A stretch of DNA of 33,328 nt from Cyanobium sp. (GTDB lineage: Bacteria > Cyanobacteriota > Cyanobacteriia > PCC-6307 > Cyanobiaceae), in the NCBI GenBank assembly GCA_044234415.1, contig JBIIIX010000001.1, positions 1 through 33,328 of the forward strand, read 5' to 3'. The first letter of the stretch is position 1. Each line of letters opens with the position of its first letter. The notes under the pieces were generated by a model. The model made no database searches, had not been told where the DNA came from, and saw only the letters and a list, made by a program, of their open reading frames with translations. Of this stretch, positions 1 to 8,585 are shown in pieces. The position numbers were made by a program, and so were the translations under genes.

Positions 1-2
1 TG

Positions 3-236
3 GAGCGCCAGCCGCCGGAATCCCGCGAGCAGCTGGAGCGAGTTCTGCATCTGGTGGCCCGGCCCGAGCACGACGAGCTGCCCTTGCCGATGGCCAGCAG
101 CCTCTGCAACCAAGAGATCATCAGCCGCTGCGACCAGCTGATCTGCTACGCCTTCCACGACAGCGAAACGCTGCTGGCCAGCTGCCGCAGCGCCGAAGAC
201 ATGGGCAAGGTGGTCAGCCTGATGTTCTTCGACTGA
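3..236 (+). CDS. 3' part of cyanobacterial DNA recombination-mediator protein A (DprA/SLOG-like), truncated by window start
   Basis: Frame is open from base 3 (ERQPPESREQLERVLHLV...SSLCNQEIISRCDQLICYAFHDSETLL...VVSLMFFD*); matches my recollection of this conserved cyanobacterial family. Confidence 0.75.
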   Translation, partial: ERQPPESREQLERVLHLVARPEHDELPLPMASSLCNQEIISRCDQLICYAFHDSETLLASCRSAEDMGKVVSLMFFD

Positions 237-242
237 ACGGGC

Positions 243-674
243 TCAGGGCTGGGGCAGCACCTGCAGGCGCGTGCCCTCTCGCCCCAGCACCGAGACCCGG
301 CTCCCGGTTGACAGGGGCTGTCGGGGGTCCATGTTTTGGGCGGCCCAGCTCTGGCCCTGCCAGCGCACCCGCCCCTCCCCATGGCGATCGAAGGCTTCGA
401 TCACCTCGGCCAGCTCAGCACCCGCCGCCGGCCGAATCGTTTTCTCAGCCCGTTTCTGCGAGGCGCGCCGCAAGCCGGCGTAGCCCGCCGCGGCCAGTAG
501 CGCGTAGAGCACCACCTGCAGCGGGCCTGCCATGGGCAGCAGGCTGCTCACCAGGGTCAGCAGCAGGGCCGCCAGGCCGCCGATCAGCAGCAGGCCATCC
601 GAATCGATGCCAACCAGAACGAGCAGCAGCAACAGGCCCGCCAGGCCAAGCCAGAGCAAGGGGGGGGCCACCAC
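243..674 (-). CDS. nfeD: NfeD family membrane protein (short form with C-terminal OB fold)
   Basis: Hydrophobic N-terminal half, then GEGRVRWQGQSWAA...G.RV.V.G.EGTRLQV; adjacent to an SPFH gene. Confidence 0.85.
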   Translation of the reverse strand: MVAPPLLWLGLAGLLLLLVLVGIDSDGLLLIGGLAALLLTLVSSLLPMAGPLQVVLYALLAAAGYAGLRRASQKRAEKTIRPAAGAELAEVIEAFDRHGEGRVRWQGQSWAAQNMDPRQPLSTGSRVSVLGREGTRLQVLPQP

Positions 675-733
675 GGACCTCAGTCTGAACTGGCCACATC
701 TTGCCTAGGGTTTGAGCAAGCAGTGGTGCTGTG

Positions 734-1717
734 ATGGAAGTTCTCGTGATTCCGGTGCTGGCTCTGTTGGCGGCCCTCGGGGTCAGCGGCGTCAAGGTCA
801 CCAGCAGCAGCAGCTCACGGCTGGTGGAGCGCCTCGGCAAGTACGACCGCGAGCTGGGGCCTGGGCTGTCGCTGGTGGTGCCCGGCCTGGAGCGGGTGGT
901 GAGCCACGAATCGCTGAAGGAACGGGTGCTGGATATCCCGCCGCAGCAATGCATCACCCGCGACAACGTCAGCATTGAAGTCGACGCGGTGGTGTATTGG
1001 CAGTTGTTGGAGCATTCCCGCGCGTACTACGCGGTGGATAACTTGCAGGCGGCGATGGTGAATGTGGTGCTCACCCAGATCCGGGCTGAAATGGGCAAGC
1101 TCGATCTGGACCAGACCTTCACCACCCGCAGCGAAATCAATGAGGTGCTGCTCAAGGAGTTAGACCAGGCCACCGATCCCTGGGGCGTCAAGGTGACGCG
1201 GGTGGAACTGCGCGACATCAAGCCCTCCCTCGGCGTGCAGCAGGCGATGGAGCAGCAGATGACCGCCGAACGGGAGAAGCGGGCGGCGATTCTGCGCTCG
1301 GAGGGCGAGCGGGAGGCCCAGGTGAACGCGGCCAGGGGCCGGGCGGAGGCGCTGGTGCTCGATGCCCGCGCCAAGCAGGAAGCGCTGCTGCTGGAGGCCG
1401 ATGCCCGGGCCCAGCAGCAGAAGCTGATGGCCGGCGCCCGGGCCGAGGCGGCCAGCGAGCTGGCCCGGGTGATCGAGGCCCATCCGGCCGCGGCTGAAGG
1501 GCTGCGGCTGCTGCTGGCGGGCGACTGGATAGGCATGGGCCAGGAGCTGGTCAAGGCGCCGGGCGGCAGCGTGCTGATGGTGGATCCCCAGAGTCCGGCC
1601 AGCCTGCTGGCGGCGCTGCGGGGCCTTCAGAACGGGAGCGCCGAGGGCGCGGCGGCGAAGCCCAGCGCCCAGGAGCGCAGCAGCCTCCAGCCCCCCCACA
1701 CGCGGGCTGAAGCATGA
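734..1717 (+). CDS. SPFH/band 7 (stomatin-like) protein
   Basis: N-terminal [55 protein letters not shown]; ATG at 734 (GTG at 731 also possible). Confidence 0.95.
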   Translation: MEVLVIPVLALLAALGVSGVKVTSSSSSRLVERLGKYDRELGPGLSLVVPGLERVVSHESLKERVLDIPPQQCITRDNVSIEVDAVVYWQLLEHSRAYYAVDNLQAAMVNVVLTQIRAEMGKLDLDQTFTTRSEINEVLLKELDQATDPWGVKVTRVELRDIKPSLGVQQAMEQQMTAEREKRAAILRSEGEREAQVNAARGRAEALVLDARAKQEALLLEADARAQQQKLMAGARAEAASELARVIEAHPAAAEGLRLLLAGDWIGMGQELVKAPGGSVLMVDPQSPASLLAALRGLQNGSAEGAAAKPSAQERSSLQPPHTRAEA

Positions 1718-2442
1718 CCACCGCCGCGCCGGCCGATCGCCTGATCCTCGCCCTGGATCGCGCCGATGCCGCCTCGGCCTTGGCGCTGACCCAAGCGATT
1801 GAGGGGCTGCGCTGGGTGAAGGTAGGGCTTGAGCTGTTCCTGGCGGCGGGCCCCGCGATCGTGGCGGAGCTGCGCCAACGCGGCCTGCGGGTGTTCCTCG
1901 ATCTCAAGTTCCACGACATCCCGGCGACGATGGCGGCCGCCTGCCGCCAAGCCTCCGGCCTGGGAGCCGAGCTGCTCACCGTGCACGCCGCCGCAGGTGA
2001 CGAAGGCCTCAGGGCGGCCCTCCAGGGCGCCGCTGAGGGGGCCGCTGCCGCTGGCTTGCCCGCCCCCACCCTCCTCGCGGTCACGGTGCTCACGAGCTGG
2101 GATCCGGCACGGTTCGCCAGCGAGCTGGCCATCGCCACCCCTCTGGCCGACTACGTGCCCCAGCTGGCCAGCCTGGCGGCGGCAGCCGGCGTTGGCGGGG
2201 TGGTCTGCTCGCCTCAAGAGGTGGAGGCGCTGCGGCGGCACCTGCCCGCTCCGTTCGAGCTGGTCACCCCTGGCATCCGCCCCAGCGGCAGTCCGTTGGG
2301 CGATCAGGCGCGGGTGATGACGCCGGCTCAAGCGCTGGCGGCCGGCGCCAGCCGGCTGGTGATCGGCCGGCCGATCAGCGCCGCCGCCGATCCGGCCGAA
2401 GCCTTTGCTCGCTGCTGCGCCGAGCTGGCCGGGGAGGGCTGA
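1714..2442 (+). CDS. pyrF: Orotidine-5'-phosphate decarboxylase
   Basis: [40 protein letters not shown] motifs. Confidence 0.97.
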   Translation: MTTAAPADRLILALDRADAASALALTQAIEGLRWVKVGLELFLAAGPAIVAELRQRGLRVFLDLKFHDIPATMAAACRQASGLGAELLTVHAAAGDEGLRAALQGAAEGAAAAGLPAPTLLAVTVLTSWDPARFASELAIATPLADYVPQLASLAAAAGVGGVVCSPQEVEALRRHLPAPFELVTPGIRPSGSPLGDQARVMTPAQALAAGASRLVIGRPISAAADPAEAFARCCAELAGEG

Positions 2443-2715
2443 GGCGGCGGAGGCGGCCGTGCCCCTCCCTTCGGGATGGCCTGGATCCCCAGGCCGGCGT
2501 CCACTGCGCCTGCGGATTACCGCCTTGCTGGAGATCCCCACGCGGCGGTTGCCTTGGGGTGCCCTGGAACAGCCGGGACATCCCCAGCCGACCAAACGAG
2601 ACGCAGGCCAGCGCCATCACGGCGAATGCCCCGCTGGCAGGCTTCCAGACTGTCTTTGACCCCGTCCTTGACCGCTTCAGCGGCTGACACCCACCAGCGC
2701 GTCCCCGCCCGGCCC

Positions 2716-2769
2716 CTGCCGTGATCCTGGGCGGTGCCGCTCTCCAGGGCGCTGCCGTGATCCAGGGCG
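2716..2769. repeat. Degenerate 18-bp tandem repeat x3
   Basis: ctgccgtgatcctgggcg / gtgccgctctccagggcg / ctgccgtgatccagggcg. Confidence 0.85.
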
Positions 2770-2902
2770 ATGAGCGGGGACAGGGAGCCAACGCGGCCTT
2801 CCCCTCCAGCTCCCGGTTGCCCCGTGCTGGACCGCGGCCCGCACGCCCTCCAGTTGGCAGACGTCATCGCCGAACCTCCGTATCCTGCCCAGCAATGGTT
2901 GA

Positions 2903-3529
2903 GTGACCGTGGACCAACCCCGCCTGCAGCGGCTGGATCAGGACCTCTTCGACGCGGTGGCCGCCGCCGCCAGCGCCACGCCGCGGCGGCGCCTGAACCA
3001 CAACCTCCACGCTGAGTCCGACCTGGTGCAGCGCTTTCTGAACGTGCTCCAGCCCGGCACCTACGTACGGCCCCATCGCCATCTGCGGGACACCCCCGGC
3101 GCCGGTTTCGAGTGCTTCCTGGTGCTGCAGGGGGCCATCGGCCTGCTGCTGTTCGACACCGCCGGCGGGCTGATCGGCCGGGAGCGGCTGGACAGCGCCG
3201 GTCCGCTCAAGGGCATGGAGCTGGCCGAAGGCGCGTATCACGCCCTGGTGGCCCTCAGCCCCGACGCGGTGATGTTCGAACTCAAGCAGGGCCCCTACCA
3301 GCCCACCGCCGACAAGGATTTCTTAGCGGGCTTCCCGCTGGAGGGCACGGCGGAAGCCAGCCTCCAGGAGCGGCGGTGGCGCGAGCTGTTCGCCTCTGCA
3401 GCCCCAGCCTCTGAAGCCCCAGCCGCTTTCGCTCCCGCTGCTTTCGCCACCACCAACGACACCACCAACGACAACCCCAACCCCAGCGACACCGCCACGC
3501 CCACCGCTCCTGCCGCCGCGCTCCAGTAG
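2903..3529 (+). CDS. WbuC family cupin-fold metalloprotein with low-complexity C-terminal tail
   Basis: PRRRLNHNLH..D.VQRFLNVLQPGTYVRPHRH, YHALVAL, FELKQGPY. Confidence 0.9.
   Translation: MTVDQPRLQRLDQDLFDAVAAAASATPRRRLNHNLHAESDLVQRFLNVLQPGTYVRPHRHLRDTPGAGFECFLVLQGAIGLLLFDTAGGLIGRERLDSAGPLKGMELAEGAYHALVALSPDAVMFELKQGPYQPTADKDFLAGFPLEGTAEASLQERRWRELFASAAPASEAPAAFAPAAFATTNDTTNDNPNPSDTATPTAPAAALQ
3398..3481 (+). repeat. Drifting 15-bp then 12-bp tandem repeats in the WbuC tail
   Basis: gcagccccagcctct gaagccccagccgct ttcgctcccgctgct ttcgccaccaccaac gacaccaccaac gacaaccccaac. Confidence 0.8.
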
Positions 3530-3531
3530 CA

Positions 3532-4137
3532 ATGAGGACCCTTCGAACCGTCGGGGATTGCCGTCAGGCCCGGCTGCTGCTGGGAGCCGTGGCGCTCCTG
3601 GCCCCGCTGGGGGGCCTTATGGCGCCCTCGGCCCGGGCCGCCGACCCTGGCGACTGGCCGGCCCTGGTGGCGATGTTCGAGCAGCGGGGCCTGAAGGTGG
3701 TCGTCGACGCGCCCCGCTGTCAGGAACGGGACCTGTTCGGCTTCTATGAACGCTCCCAGCGGCGGATCATCGTCTGCCCCCGCGGCAACCGGCGGGAGAC
3801 CCTGCTGCACGAGGGCTGGCATGGCGTGCAGGCCGTCTGCTTGCGGGGCCGGCCGCTGCTGCCCAAGGAGGTGCTGGATCGCGGCCTGACGGCCCGGGAT
3901 CGCCGCGATCTGGACCGGCTTTACGGGCCCACCGCCTGGAACCGCGAGGCTGAGGCGCGCGTGATGGCCAGCCTGCCGCTGTCGGCCTACCGCACCTGGC
4001 TGGAGGCCGCCTGCGGCCCGCTCGATGGTCCCTCAACCACGCCTCCCGCCGCGGGCCCTCAGTCCCTCGGGATCAGCCAGCCAGCGGCCGGTCCCCCCTC
4101 CGGTCGGGGCGGTTCCGCCGCTGGCGGCGGCCCCTGA
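3532..4137 (+). CDS. Secreted hypothetical protein with HExxH zinc-binding motif
   Basis: Signal-peptide-like N-terminus (LLLGAVALLAPLGGLMAPSARA), ETLLHEGWHGVQ, downstream EAEAR. Confidence 0.8.
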   Translation: MRTLRTVGDCRQARLLLGAVALLAPLGGLMAPSARAADPGDWPALVAMFEQRGLKVVVDAPRCQERDLFGFYERSQRRIIVCPRGNRRETLLHEGWHGVQAVCLRGRPLLPKEVLDRGLTARDRRDLDRLYGPTAWNREAEARVMASLPLSAYRTWLEAACGPLDGPSTTPPAAGPQSLGISQPAAGPPSGRGGSAAGGGP

Positions 4138-4991
4138 GCGGCCAAGGCGGCGCGGCGGCAAAAACCGCAGTGGCCCCAGCGGGCCATCTCTCCCGCTGGT
4201 GCCGGCCTGCGGCACTGGGGGCAGTCCGCCAGGCCATGGACATCGATGCGGCTGGGGTGGCAAGCCCAGCTGGTGGCCGCATCGGCGGAGCTGGCTGCCG
4301 CCGCGGGGCCGGGGTGGTGTTGCTGAACGCGAATTTCCCGGATGCGAAAGCCGGCGGCCCGCAGGGCTCCCAACAGCTGATGGCGGTTGTATTGCAAGGC
4401 CTGCAACCAGGGGCCCGGCGCCGCTCCGACGCTGAGCACCCCACCGCGCAGCTGCAGCGGGCGGCAATGGGGCGCCAGCTGGGGGCCGGCGAGGGTGGGC
4501 CAGGCTTGCCAGAGGGCGGCCTCGTGACCCTCCTGCTGCCAGTCCTGGCGCAGTTTCTCGAGGCAGCCGGCCAGCGATTGGGCCGGCGGAGCGGCAGGCG
4601 GTAAGAGCACCGACAGGTTGCCGAAGCGCCGCATCCGCAGGCCAGGGGTGGTGTTCCGGCGCGCCGGGGGTAGCTCGCTGGCGCTGCCGCCCCGGCCAGT
4701 TGCGGCGCCGCGCCGGCGGCCACCGCCACGTCCCACCGCAGTTCCCACCGCATCGCCCCTCGGGGTGCCCACCACACCGCCCCTCGCGGCGCCCACCACA
4801 TCGCCCCTCGCGGTGCCCCTCGCGGCGCCTAGGGCGGCAACACGTGGCTCGGCTGGGGAGGGGTCGGCGTTGGCTTCAGCAGCGCTGGCGCTTAGCGGGG
4901 GGGGCTCCACGGCGGCAATCGGCGGCCGCCGCCCCGGCGAAACCGGTATCGACGCCGGCTCGGGGCCAGCTAGAGAGGGCGGATCGGCCAT
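4059..4991 (-). CDS. DUF721/DciA-like protein with C-terminal Zn knuckle; start may instead be ATG 4634
   Basis: LWQAWPTLAGPQLAPHCRPLQLRGGVLSVGA...WLQALQY, CPQC...CGFC; the first 119 aa are low complexity. Confidence 0.85.
   Translation of the reverse strand: MADPPSLAGPEPASIPVSPGRRPPIAAVEPPPLSASAAEANADPSPAEPRVAALGAARGTARGDVVGAARGGVVGTPRGDAVGTAVGRGGGRRRGAATGRGGSASELPPARRNTTPGLRMRRFGNLSVLLPPAAPPAQSLAGCLEKLRQDWQQEGHEAALWQAWPTLAGPQLAPHCRPLQLRGGVLSVGAAPGPWLQALQYNRHQLLGALRAAGFRIREIRVQQHHPGPAAAASSADAATSWACHPSRIDVHGLADCPQCRRPAPAGEMARWGHCGFCRRAALAAQGPPPAAEPPRPEGGPAAGWLIPRD
4732..4827. repeat. 24-bp tandem repeat x3 flanked by 12-bp half units
   Basis: cccaccgcatcgcccctcggggtg / cccaccacaccgcccctcgcggcg / cccaccacatcgcccctcgcggtg at 4744-4815. 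Confidence 0.9.
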
Positions 4992-5296
4992 GGCAGGACC
5001 CTACCCAGCCCCAGATCCCACGCAAGCCCGGGCGAGCCAGAGGGCCCGCCCCAACAGCACCCGAGGGGGCTGCAGCCTGCGAAGTCCGCGCGCGCGAGGC
5101 CACGCGTGAGTGCCCATGCGACGAGTTGGGCCACGCTCTTCCGTCCCAGCGCGGTACCCCCCAGCGCAGGGTCCAGGGGATTCCCGCGGTGACCGTTCGG
5201 CCGATGGCCCTGCCTAGGGGCGGCAATCCGCTAGCGGGCCGAACGGACGCTTCGACGGAAGCCGTTTAGGGTCGAGCCTCGCCCCAACACTCCTCC

Positions 5297-6070
5297 ATGG
5301 GCTTCTTCGATCGGCTCAGCCGTCTGCTGCGCGCCAACCTCAACGATCTGGTCAGCAAGGCGGAGGATCCGGCCAAGATCCTCGACCAGTCGGTTACCGA
5401 CATGCAGGCCGATCTGGTGAAGCTGCGCCAGGCGGTGGCCACGGCGATCGCTGGCCAGAAACGGCTGCAGAACCAGGCGGAGCAGGCCGAATCCCAGGCC
5501 AAGGTGTGGTACGAACGCGCTGAGCTGGCCCTCAAGAAAGGCGAGGAGGAGCTGGCCCGGGAAGCCCTGTCGCGCCGCAAGACCTACACCGACACCGCCA
5601 CGGCCCTCAACACCCAGCTGGCCTCCCAGGCCGGCCAGGTTGACACCCTCAAGCGCAGCCTCACGGCCCTGGAAGGCAAGATCGCCGAGGCCAAAACCAA
5701 GAAGGATATGCTCAAGGCCCGCGCCCAGGCGGCCCAGGCCCAGGAGCAGCTGCAAAACGCCGTTGGCAGCCTCGGCACCAACAACTCCATGGCGGCGTTC
5801 GACCAGATGGAGGAGAAGGTGCTGGCGATGGAGGCCCGCAGCCAAGCGGCCGCCGAGCTGGCCGGCGCCGACCTGGAGAGCCAGTTCGCCTCCCTGCAAG
5901 GCACCGGGGTGGAAGACGAGCTGGAGGCCCTGAAGCATCGGCTCGAAGGGAGCCCCAAACCCGTCTCCCTGCCGGCCGAGGGGGCGCCGCTGCCGAAGCT
6001 GGAGCCCGCCAAAGCGGCGGAGGTGGATGCCGAGCTGCTGCAGCTCAAGCAGTCGATCGACAGGCTCTGA
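5297..6070 (+). CDS. vipp1: PspA/IM30 family protein (Vipp1)
   Basis: MGFFDRLSRLLRANLNDLVSKAEDPAKIL, EEELAREALSRRK, extra C-terminal helix VDAELLQLKQSIDRL. Confidence 0.95.
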   Translation: MGFFDRLSRLLRANLNDLVSKAEDPAKILDQSVTDMQADLVKLRQAVATAIAGQKRLQNQAEQAESQAKVWYERAELALKKGEEELAREALSRRKTYTDTATALNTQLASQAGQVDTLKRSLTALEGKIAEAKTKKDMLKARAQAAQAQEQLQNAVGSLGTNNSMAAFDQMEEKVLAMEARSQAAAELAGADLESQFASLQGTGVEDELEALKHRLEGSPKPVSLPAEGAPLPKLEPAKAAEVDAELLQLKQSIDRL

Positions 6071-6151
6071 GCCACTGGGGCAGGAGCTGCTGCCGAGCTC
6101 CCCTGGCGAAGCGGTTGGGCTTTCTACACTTGTTCCAGCTTGCAGCGTGCC

Positions 6152-6502
6152 GTGTCCAGCTCTGTTGATGCCTCCCCCAGCCCTGTCGTGCTCGATCTCA
6201 GCGACGCCGACTTCGACGCCACGATCAGGGCGGCCACCACTACGGTTCTTGTGGATGTCTGGGCCCCCTGGTGCGGCCCCTGCCGCCTGATGGCGCCGCT
6301 GATGCCCTGGGCGGCCGACGCCTATGCGGGGCGGCTGCTGGTGGTGAAGTTGGAGGCCGATCCCAATCCGCTCAGCCGCGACGCCTGCGGCGTGCAGGGC
6401 TTGCCAGCCCTGCTCCTGTTCCGCAACGGCCACCAAGTCGCGCGCCATGAGGGCGCCATGTCCAAGCCCCAGTTGCAGGCCTTCCTGGATGCCCATCTCT
6501 GA
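6152..6502 (+). CDS. Thioredoxin
   Basis: LVDVWAPWCGPCR active site; start uncertain (TTG 6140, GTG 6152 or GTG 6188). Confidence 0.92.
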   Translation: MSSSVDASPSPVVLDLSDADFDATIRAATTTVLVDVWAPWCGPCRLMAPLMPWAADAYAGRLLVVKLEADPNPLSRDACGVQGLPALLLFRNGHQVARHEGAMSKPQLQAFLDAHL

Positions 6503-7691
6503 GCGGGTCTCCCGGCTCGGCAGCGGCGTTTTCGCCCGCAACGACCAGCGCAAGGCCGCTTACCTGGCCCGCCGTCTTTCGGCGGCAGAGCCATCCCTGC
6601 CGCCCTTGCTGGACCTCTCGCTGGGCTCCACCGATCTGCAGCCGCCCGAGCCGGTGCTGGCCGCCATCGCCGCCCAGCTCCAGAACCCGGCCAGCGCCTC
6701 CTACTGCTTACACGCCGGCACCCGGCCGTTTCGCGAGGCGGTGGCCAGCTGGGCGCAGCGGCGCTTCAGCGTCGATGTCGATCCTGAAACCGAGGTGATC
6801 CTGCTGGTGGGATCCCAGGAGGGCACCGCCCACCTGCCCTTGGCCGTGCTGGAGCCCGGTGATCGGGCGGTGTTGCTGGATCCGGGCTATCCCTCCCATC
6901 GCGGTGGGCTGGTGCTGGCCTCCGCCGCCCTCGAACCGCTGCGCCTGGAGGCCAGTGCCGGTTGGCGGCCGGATTTCGAGGCCATCCCCGCCGCTCGCTG
7001 GGCCGAAACACGCCTGATGGTGCTGGGTTTTCCCCACAACCCCACCGCCATCACCGGGGAGCAGGCGTGGCTGGAAGAGGCGATGGCCCTGGCGCTGCGC
7101 CACAGCTTTGTGCTCGCCCACGACAACCCCTATGTGGACCTCAGCCTGGAAGGCGAGGCGCCTGCGCTGCTGCGCCATCCCGACTGGCGCGCCTGCGGCA
7201 TCGAGTTTTTCTCGCTCTCCAAGGGCTGGTGCCTGGGGGGCTATCGGTTGGGGTTCGCCATCGGCGCACCTTGGTTGATCGGGGCGTTACGCCAACTCAA
7301 GGCGGTGGTGGACTTCAACCAGTCGCTGGCGCTGCAGGTTGGTGCCCGCGAGGCCCTGTTGCACCACCCCCACTGGCCCGAGCACCTGCGCGCCGTTTAC
7401 CGGCAGCGCCGCGATCGCCTCGCCACCGCCCTGGAGCGAGCGGGGTGGCCCGCACCGCTGGCCTCAATGGCCCTCTATCTGTGGTTGCCCACCCCACCCC
7501 AGGCCCTGGCCCGCGGCCTTGATTCCGAAAGCTTCTGCGCCGCCCTGCTGGAGGCCACCGGCGTCTGCCTCACCCCCGGCAATGGCTTCGGCGCGGCGGG
7601 AGAGGGATGGCAGAGGTTGGCGCTGGTGCATCCGATCGAGCAGCTGGAAGACGGCGCGGAGCGGATCGGTGCCTGGCTGCGCGGCCTGTGA
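6489..7691 (+). CDS. PLP-dependent class I/II aminotransferase (LL-diaminopimelate aminotransferase-like)
   Basis: GSQEGTAHL, DPGYP, PHNP, HDNPY, EFFSLSKGWCLGGYRLGF; ATG 6489 overlaps the thioredoxin 3' end. Confidence 0.9.
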   Translation: MPISERVSRLGSGVFARNDQRKAAYLARRLSAAEPSLPPLLDLSLGSTDLQPPEPVLAAIAAQLQNPASASYCLHAGTRPFREAVASWAQRRFSVDVDPETEVILLVGSQEGTAHLPLAVLEPGDRAVLLDPGYPSHRGGLVLASAALEPLRLEASAGWRPDFEAIPAARWAETRLMVLGFPHNPTAITGEQAWLEEAMALALRHSFVLAHDNPYVDLSLEGEAPALLRHPDWRACGIEFFSLSKGWCLGGYRLGFAIGAPWLIGALRQLKAVVDFNQSLALQVGAREALLHHPHWPEHLRAVYRQRRDRLATALERAGWPAPLASMALYLWLPTPPQALARGLDSESFCAALLEATGVCLTPGNGFGAAGEGWQRLALVHPIEQLEDGAERIGAWLRGL

Positions 7692-8503
7692 GCCCGGGGT
7701 TCGGCGCCGGCCGGTTGCTGGCGGAGCGGGCCCGGCTGGGGCCTCACCCCGAGGCGTCGCCGTTGGCCTGGCGGCTGCGGCAGCTGGCGGTTTGCGCCAG
7801 CACCGAAACGGAACTGGACCGCTGGTTGGCGCAGCTGCAGGCCAACGGCGGCGAAACGCCGCCCCTGCCCTTGGCGGTGGTGGCCGACCGCCAGCGCTTC
7901 GGCCGCGGCCAGCAGGGGCGGGTCTGGAGTTCGCCGCGAGGTGGGGTGTGGCTGAGCGCCGCCCTGCCCTGGCCGGCGGACCCGGGTCGGGCGGCCTCCC
8001 TGGGGTTGGCGGCGGCGGTGGGGCTGGCCCGGGAGCTGCAGGGCCTGCTGGAGGGCCGCGCTGACGGCCGCGTGGCCTTGAAATGGCCCAATGACCTGCT
8101 GCTGTTGCGGCCCCAGCGGCCGGTTCGCAAGCTGGCGGGCCTGTTGCCGCGGCTGCGCCGGCGTGGGGCGCGGCTGCGCTGGGCGCGGCTGGGGGTGGGC
8201 CTCAATGGCTGCAACCCGGTGCCCCCGGGCGCCATCGCCCTAGCGGATCTCCCTGGCCTGGAGCCTGGCGGTGCCAGGTTGCGTCCGCCGCGGCTGGCGG
8301 CGCTGGTGCTGCGAGGGTTGGAGTGGGCGGTGGCCCAGGCCGACCAGGCGGAGGCGGTGCGGCAGGCCGCCGAAGCGCTGCTCTGGGAGGGTCCCCCCCT
8401 GGAGCTTGAAGGAGAGCTGTGGCAGCCCCAGGGCCTGGCGGCCGATGGCCGCCTGCGGTTGCTGCGCGGCGGCCAGGAGCGCTGGTTGGAACGCCGTTTC
8501 TGA
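7688..8503 (+). CDS. birA: Biotin--acetyl-CoA-carboxylase ligase (no N-terminal HTH)
   Basis: CASTE, QRFGRGQQGRVWSSP, LKWPNDL, RKLAGLL, GVGLN; GTGA overlap with upstream stop. Confidence 0.92.
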   Translation: MSPGFGAGRLLAERARLGPHPEASPLAWRLRQLAVCASTETELDRWLAQLQANGGETPPLPLAVVADRQRFGRGQQGRVWSSPRGGVWLSAALPWPADPGRAASLGLAAAVGLARELQGLLEGRADGRVALKWPNDLLLLRPQRPVRKLAGLLPRLRRRGARLRWARLGVGLNGCNPVPPGAIALADLPGLEPGGARLRPPRLAALVLRGLEWAVAQADQAEAVRQAAEALLWEGPPLELEGELWQPQGLAADGRLRLLRGGQERWLERRF

Positions 8504-8585
8504 GCGTCACCGCCAACACAGGCCCCGGACGGCAACTTTTGTAACATCAGCAGCGCTGGTCTTGAGTTGCTCGCCAGCTCTTCCC

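Noticed and set aside
4732-4827. CRISPR-like array (also considered 32274-32393)
   Set aside because: Units are contiguous with no unique spacers, and no cas genes are present.
4897-4904. G8 tract as a phase-variation switch
   Set aside because: Short G/C runs are common in this GC-rich DNA, and the tract lies in a region that may not be translated.
8541-8554. NtcA site (GTA-N8-TAC) upstream of the M23 peptidase
   Set aside because: GTAACA half-site only; the distal triplet is AGC, not TAC.
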